Positions 25,534 through 64,000 of a DNA stretch of 64,000 nucleotides are shown here, piece by piece. The translations under genes and the position numbers were made by a program. Source of the DNA: Camelus ferus (taxonomy: Eukaryota); NCBI RefSeq assembly GCF_009834535.1, contig NC_045696.1:110424001-110488000 (forward strand). Direction: 5' to 3'. Each line of letters starts with the position of its first letter. Position 1 is the first letter of the stretch. The notes under the pieces were generated by a model. It was given only the letters and a program-made list of their open reading frames with translations. It was not told the origin of the DNA and searched no databases.

Positions 25534-26187
25534 ATAAATGTTAAACCACAGACGTTTAATCAGATTAGATGTTCCCCCAATGTTAATCAACTCCTGAAAT
25601 CAGTCACTACAGACTGTAGCTAGGGACTTTAGGAACCAGTTCACTCAGTAGAACTGAGCAAGACTAAATGGCCTGAGAGAAGGTTGGCATTTTAATGAGA
25701 ATTAGAATCTCTTCCTTCTGTAAAGTTCCTTTCTCTTCAAAAACTGTGACTCCATGTAGCATGTCTAATTAGACAGTCATTTACTCCTAAGGGGATACAT
25801 TTTCTTGGGGATATTTCGGCCATTCATGATGCCATGTGCATCTCCCAAATTGAAGCACAATACTATCCATATGGTCAAAATCACATGTGCACTCATTATG
25901 ATGAACTGTGATGAAAGGAAAGAAAGTTTAAATAGGAATCTAGATGCATGCAGACATACACAAAGATGGTTACCAAAGGGTACTGCACACATATGAGGCA
26001 ATAATGAGACAGCAGAGGATGAGAACGGTGGCTTTCCCCCTTGACTATTGATTAAAACCCTCCGAGGACCTTTTATAACATAATGATGGCCAGATCTCCA
26101 CTCCTGTATTTTCTGATCCTACTCGTCTGGGGAGAGCCCCATGCAGCAGAATTTTTTTTTTTTTAAGCTCTCCAAGTAATTTTACCA

Positions 26188-26648
26188 TGTCCCATCTAAA
26201 AATTGTCACTTGCCATCTGCCTCTACAAGGATTAGGTCTCTAGCTGCTGCAGTCACTGACCTTCAACACACCCTGAAAGGAGTTCAGGGCAGTGATCAGG
26301 AATGAGGCACTCTGTGCTCTGGGAAAACTGGCAGAATAGACCTTCAGATAGTCAGATATTTTTCTGGGGAAGATTTTATGAGCCCAATTTCTTGCATTTT
26401 CTCATATCTAGAAAGGCACTAAAATATTAACAAAGACAACAGCAGCAACTCTGCCAAAATGTGTGCTTGGCTGCAGGTACCCACATTCACCAAAATCACA
26501 TATATACTGACTTCCCTCTTTACCTCTTGGGAGCAGTTCCTCAAGCTATCTGAGTGGCTATCTCCCTGACTGTAGTCCTTACTTTGCCCCAAATAAAACT
26601 TAACTCACAACTCTCATGTTGTGCTTTTTTTTTTTTTTTCAGTCGACA
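26188..26648 (+). mobile_element. ERV solo LTR (ERV1-like), nested in a MER5-like element
   Basis: TGTC...TCGACA ends, AATAAA ~55 nt before the 3' end; flanks rejoin as a MER5-like sequence; TSD not clear. Confidence 0.7.
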
Positions 26649-26679
26649 TGTGTAACCAAGGTTAAGAATCATTTTTCCA

Positions 26680-26842
26680 CAGCAGTGTTTCTCAAATTTT
26701 AAGGTATATTCAAATCACCTATGGATCTAAAAAGATGTGCACACTGTGATTCAGTGTGTCTGTGATGAAATCTGAGAATGATTCCTAACCAGCTTCAGGG
26801 TGATGCTGATGCTGCTATGTGTGGACCACACTTTGAGTGGAA
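26680..26842. mobile_element. MER5A-like hAT MITE
   Basis: CAGTGTTTCTCAAA..AATCACCT..GGTGATGCTGATGCTGCT..GGACCACACTTTGAGT. Confidence 0.7.
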
Positions 26843-27169
26843 GGAATTAGATCATCCCCAGCCACGAGCCACAGTTTTTATGCAATCTCAGTGGTTCTGA
26901 GATCTTAAAGTACATATCACCTGGGAGCTAACTAAACTTGCAAATTGGCAAGTTCTAGTCTCAGAAATTAAAACTCGGTGGATTTCAGTTTTTAACAAAT
27001 GTCCCAACAGATTGATATTCATAGTATGAACCACACACACACTTACCTACACAAATGGTATTTATTCTACAAATCACATGTTTTTAAAAAGGCAGCAACA
27101 CTGCTTATTAATTTTACAAGCTACCTTGACCAAATGTGGGGAAATGTTTCTCTTGATCTGGGTGAAAGA

Positions 27170-28080
27170 AGAAATTATTCTCAAATTCATTGGCTTAAAC
27201 CAACAATTTTATTACATCTCATGGTTTTGTGGGCCAGGAATTTGGGCCAAGGTCAAGCTAGGTGATTCTTCTGTTCTCCCTGTGGTGCTGACTGAAGTCA
27301 CTTAGTCACTTAGTGGTATATAACTAGCAAATAGGTTGGTCTGAAGAGTCCAACATGCTTCACTTCACATACCTTGGCTAGAAGGCTGGGCCCACTGGGC
27401 CTGTCACCTGGAATGCCTACACACCTCTCCAGTCTGGCAGTCTTGGTTGGGGTAGTAGGTCTCCTTACATGGCAGCTCAAGGCTGTTGAGACTGTTCCAA
27501 GACAAAGGAAGTGGAAGTTGCCATTCTCTCAAGTCCTGGGCTCAGAAACTGGCAGTGTCATCTCTACTGGTCAAAGCAGTCACAAAGCCCAACCAGATTC
27601 AAGGGGGAAGAGTCAGAAATGGGCTGTAGTCATGGGTGTGCAACCAGCCCTTTGTAGAACCACAAGTGCAGTTGCATAGGGACCCGAACTCAAAAGGACC
27701 CCATGCTTGGTTTAATGCTCTGCCATCTTGAAATTATTTAAAATTTTTGAACAAAGGGCATTTTCATTTTGTACTGAGACCCACAAATTATGTAGCCTGT
27801 CCTCATCATAAACCTCACTTTTCAATGGAGAGAATATTAGGGGGGTGGGGTATAGCTCAGTGGTAGAGCACGTGCTTCACAGGCATGAGGTCCTGGGTTC
27901 AATCCCCAGTGCCTCTACCAAAAAATAATTTAAATAAATTAAATAAACCTAACTACTCCCCCCGGCCCCAAAATAACCCACAGACAAAAATAAACAAATA
28001 AAACAAAAGGAATAAAACTTTTTAAAATGTTTTTTAAATGGAAAGAGTATTAAAAATTTTGTAGCCATCTTTAATCAGTC
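27170..28080 (-). mobile_element. MaLR LTR (MLT1-like) with nested MER91-like MITE (~27620-27802) and SINE
   Basis: GGCTTAAACCAACAATTTTATTACATCTCATGG..TCCTTACATGGCAGCTCAAGG..CCAGATTCAAGGGG; MER91-like TTGGTTTAATGCTCTG..CCACAAATTATGTAGCC. Confidence 0.7.
27840..28036 (+). mobile_element. tRNA-derived SINE (Vic-1-like)
   Basis: A/B boxes TAGCTCAGTGG / GGTTCAATCCC; TSD AATGGAGAGAATATTA / AATGGAAAGAGTATTA. Confidence 0.88.
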
Positions 28081-29384
28081 ATAAGCTGCCTTCCATAGAC
28101 ATTATTCCTCATCAAAGTTCTATATTCAGAGCTATCCTTTCAAAATGCAGACTGAGGTTTGTTGGTTAAATTCAATACAACATAAACAAGGGAAACAAAT
28201 TATGAGGCTGGAAATTGGAGTAAATTCTGTGATGTTTTAGGATTAAGAAATATGTTGGAAACCAATCTCACTATTATACTAAATACCAGCTAGCACCCTG
28301 TAACTGATCACCTCTGTGCTCACTCTCTCATTTAGGTCACTTATGCATTAACCAACAGTTACCCAAGGTCAGTATGCATGCTAAATTTTGCATACAGTCT
28401 TTGATAAGAAAGACAGCCAGTAATCACTATATAGGGGGAAGCCTCCATGATCTCACCAAACCTGGTTTTGAGTTTTGGGGCATCCGCAAAACTAAGTAAA
28501 GTTTATTAAGGAAGGCAGTGACAACCTCTATGCTTTTTGAGGACAGGGCCACATCTGACATCTCTCTGGGTCATCAGTCATTTGCACTAACTACGTTATG
28601 TTCTTAGCAGAGCTCAGTAAGGGTTGCTGGTGATGAATCTAAGCAACAAATGGAATAATCACAATAACAACTACCAAAAAACCCAGATGGATAGAATGTA
28701 GACACAATTAATGAAGGATAAGGTCAGGAAAACAATCAAGCACAGTACTCTGCACACAGGCAAAGATTACTGAATTGAAATGATTGATATAATAAACTCC
28801 TGAAAAGTATGATTATCCAGGGAAAGTTTCTTAGAGAAAGAAGCTACACTTTGAAAGAAATGAGGGTGGGCAGAATACTGAAAGGAAATAGAAACTATGT
28901 TGGTATGAGGAGGAGAAGAAAATCAACAAGATTTGGGTAGAGGAATGTGGGGAGACGGAAGTTACTGGATAGATGAGAGGTGGGGGGGGTCACTGCTTCA
29001 CGGCACTTGTTTCAGGCTGCAGAATCTGAATTTACTCCACAAGCTGTGGGAAGTTAGTTTAGTTTCTTCTTGGTTTGGAAGAAATGGGTGATGGTTTTAA
29101 ATTTTATTACTCAAACATAATAATGGAAGTCTCTAAGGATGCACATTCCAAAGGAGGTACAAGACTAATATGCATAATTTTCCAAAGGAGATGGTCTGAA
29201 ACTTAGTGAAGGATCCTTAAACCGCTGATTCAGCTTGAGGGTACAACAATTAGAAGTTAGAGATCAGAAAAGGTCTTTAAAAGAGAGACGTTCTTGAGAT
29301 ACTTGATGGTGGGAACGTTCTCTTTTATCCCAGGAGACTACCTGAAGAAGTTAATATGTATCTCTTGAAGTCTGAAGAACACAA

Positions 29385-29857
29385 TGGCCTGGTGTCTGAC
29401 TTCCTCCTGAAGAAAATCTAAAGGGTAAGGGAAGGGACTGGCTACTTTGATGGAGGGAGTGAGAACTGGGCTGCATTCCCACAGTTCTTTGAGGCGAAGA
29501 TTGTGCTTCCTGTTGTGGTAGATGTTGTGATGCCTGAAAGACTTGTTCCTCCAGCCACTGTAAGTGATGTCAGCAGGCAGTCCTCTACTGTCAGTCTCCA
29601 CTGGGACTGCTCTGGCTGAAGAGAGCTAATGACTAACTGGTATAGTTGTATAAGGTCCTATCCCCCACCCCAATTTAGGACAACTCTGCAGGGCCATCCC
29701 AGCTTCAGAAGTCCCAGTAGCTCAACTTCTCCCGCTGATCAACTTTTCTTTTTTCCCTCTCTTTCTACAGGTGTTGATCTCAAGGGGACTCCCCAAAAAA
29801 CATACGCCATGGTTATCTCCATCTGAGTCTGCTTCACAAGAAACCTGACCTGTAGCA
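29385..29857 (+). mobile_element. ERVL LTR (LTR16-like)
   Basis: AGGACAACTCTGCAGGGCCATCCCAGCT..ACAGGTGTTGATCTCAAG..CTCCATCTGAGTCTGCTTC..ACCTGTAGCA. Confidence 0.65.
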
Positions 29858-30942
29858 CCTGTAGATCAGATGTAGGCCCCATGGACAAGTGAAATACCCT
29901 GGATCATCTTGCATCTGTCCAAGAGGGACCCTATGGGGATGGACAAACATCAGTGGAGAGGATCCTGGGGAAGGAGTGAGCAATAGCTGGAATAGGGCTG
30001 CACCAGCCCGGGTCAAGGGAACTGAAGATTAAAGACTTCCAGTTATGAGAGGGAGAGGGGTCTCTGAAGAACTTACAAAACTCCCTGTGAGAAGGAGCTT
30101 TAACAGTTCTCCAAGTCCAAAGAGCACCTATATCCAGCTCACCAAGCTGTCAATCAAATGAAGTATTTCCTGCCCCTTCGCCTGTCCTCTTTCCCAGGGC
30201 TCCAAACCTGGAGAGGACAGAAACTCAGCGGAGGGGCAGAGAACACAAGACAGGGTAAGAGAGCAGATGCCAACTCGGTTCTTTCCCTGACTTAAAAGCC
30301 TAAAACAGTTCCCCCACCTCTCTCCTCAAACACTGTAATATTCTACCTTTCCCTTTATTTGGTGAGATGCCTCATAGTTCCTCTGATGCGCGGTCTCCAC
30401 AGTCCTTTGTTGCAAAAAGTCAAACCCTCACCTTGTCTAAGGATTGTCCATGGGGATCTCAGGATGCAAAGCCTAAAAGCATTGTCTTGGCTGGTCCTAT
30501 GTCTCTCTGAGGTCATTACAACTGCACGCCTACTGAGAGACACGCAACGAAAGGCGCACAGCAGCCGCTCAATAATTTCTCAGATTTCCCAGTTGCCTCA
30601 GGAGCGGAGCGCTGGGTCAGCAGCGGCGGCAAGACAGAAACAGCAACAGCCCGGGTGGACCAACTGCGGACCCAGGCCAGCGCTCCCTGCGAGGCACGCG
30701 CCGGTCCGCAAGCCTCCAGACAGGTAGAGTCAGCGGAGTAAAACCTACTTGCGCTCGCTTGTGGGCCCTGACGTAACGCAATGGCAGTCCGGCCGGCTCC
30801 ACGCTTCTCTCTCCGCCCCGCCCAGTCCTGCTGCCCCGCCCCATCAGTTCCGTTCCTCTCGCCCCGCCCAGCCACCCTGCCCTCGCCCTGTCCTTCCAGG
30901 TTGCCCCGCCCTGTCCCTCTCGTCAGCCCGTCCCTCCTCTAG

Positions 30943-62500
<31,558 letters not shown>

Positions 62501-63429
62501 TAGCAGCAATTACAATTCACTGCAGATGTACATTAGGATGAAATAATTAAGAAACATTTGGAGCATTACTTTAAAATTCATGAAAACTGTTTTTAAGAAA
62601 ATTTATTTTTACTTTGTGTGATTTAACTGTTAATTGTATGAAATTGTATTGGACTCCACTGAAGTTTGAGTCATGACTGTGTCGGGTTTTAGCTGTTTAA
62701 AAGAATTACCCTTCCTATTGTGTGGGATCCCAGGATGGAGATACGTCAGAATGCTCACATGTCTGGCGTGAGGAGTTGATCATGAAGAGCAGACTGGTCT
62801 CTGTTCTACAAGAGCTGGCAAAGCCGCTAAGACAGGGAGTTCGAGAACTCTGGTTCTTCTCATCTCTCAAAAGCTACTTTAGCCTCAGCATTCCTCATCT
62901 TGCTTTTCCGCAGCAGTCTGACCCAGTTTTCTACCTCAAAAAAAAGTTTCAAGGAATAAAAGGGATGTTTACGAAAAGTATGAATTGTCTTCTGTAAAAC
63001 GAACTAGTAACAGGAGCCTCTGACTGCTGCTTTTTTTTTTTTTTTTCTACTTTTCCCTTGAGCCCTCTGCCTTCTGGGCTCTCTACATTGTATGTTGTTT
63101 TACTGTGTAGAATGTACCTGCATAACCTGGTCATTAATGCAGTAACAGATGATGGCATTCTTTGACCTTTCCCAAAATATGGACAGGACCTTCTTTCTTA
63201 AGTGGCCTCAATCTGTCTCAAATATTTATATCTCAAACTTAAATTAGTTGGCCATTTTATACTGAAAATTAAATATTTTTATAGATTTTATAAATTGCCA
63301 GCTTAAGATATTGTTTTATACCATTTATGTATTTATATATAATAAAATCTTCAATTTTAATACTTGTAAGATTCCAACATGTATTCATTGTAAAGGTGAA
63401 AGATGTAACAACCATACTTGCTGTTTTAA

Positions 63430-63435
63430 AATAAA
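63430..63435 (+). terminator. Candidate NPHP3 polyadenylation signal (alternative AATAAA at 63341)
   Basis: AATAAA with several upstream TGTA motifs and a downstream CA plus pyrimidine-rich tract. Confidence 0.5.
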
Positions 63436-63611
63436 AGTGCAATTTCAAATTCTCTTTCCCACCCTCTTTCAAACCCTCTTCCTATAGAAGAGGGTTATAT
63501 TTACATAATTAAGAAAAGTGTTGAACATTACAAAGAAGACTTGAATGTTGTCAGTACTTGCCGAGTAGTTTATGCAACTTGAGCTTCAGTGACTCTACAG
63601 GATTTTGGTTA

Positions 63612-63773
63612 ATGTTACTCAAGGTGGTCAGTGAACCAGGACCATCGGCACCACCTGGGAGCTTATTAAAAATTCATACTCTCGAGCCTTTCCCCAGACC
63701 TGCTGGATCAGAATCTGCAGTCTAGCTCCATCCCCAGGTGATTCATAATGCATATAAGTTTGAGAAGCAGCGG
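63612..63773. mobile_element. MER5A-like hAT MITE
   Basis: TACTCAAGGTGGTC..CACCACCTGGGAGCTTATTAAAAAT..ATCAGAATCTGCA..CCCCAGGTGATTC..AAGTTTGAGAAGCA. Confidence 0.8.
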
Positions 63774-64000
63774 TCTAATTCTAAGGCACTAGAGTGGTGA
63801 CTTAAAAGGAATGAGGTAGGATCTTACAAAATGAGCATCATTCTTCCCCTTTTTGGGAGAAGTTCAAAAGGGAAAAAAAAATAAAATATAACCACAATAA
63901 ATCTTTCTGGGTTTGCCAGCTGTGAGACACAAAGTAATTACACTCACAGATACACCAGACATTGATTTTAGAATTAATCTTTCAGTTTAAAATTTGATGA

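Noticed and set aside
30592..30605. Possible RFX X-box (GTTGCCTCAGGAGC), expected for a ciliary gene
   Set aside because: Only one half-site matches; too weak to call.
62722..62997. 91-aa ORF after the NPHP3 stop
   Set aside because: Lies in the presumed 3'UTR, starts at GTG and has no recognisable homology.
63000..64000. Convergent neighbour UBA5 expected from human synteny
   Set aside because: No recognisable UBA5 coding exon on the minus strand inside this window.

Overview
Mammalian genomic DNA, probably camelid (alpaca/llama/camel) judging by four tRNA-derived Vic-1-like SINEs. The second half holds the complete NPHP3 (nephrocystin-3) gene on the + strand: CpG-island promoter, 27 coding exons from ATG 31084 to TAA 62500 (4002 nt, 1333 aa, all introns GT-AG, phases consistent) and a likely poly(A) signal near 63430. 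The first ~30 kb has no supportable protein-coding gene and is mostly transposon relics (L1, L2, MIR, MaLR/ERV LTRs, hAT MITEs, SINEs, a possible ancient RTE-type LINE). I found no convincing new biological system. The most notable observations are a CpG-rich, fast-changing exon 21, a rare GAG splice acceptor at exon 26, a mosaic TSD-flanked mini-L1 nested in an older L1, and a Val/poly-Ala insertion in exon 1. Repeat family names and all comparisons with human NPHP3 come from memory, not database searches; repeat boundaries are approximate.
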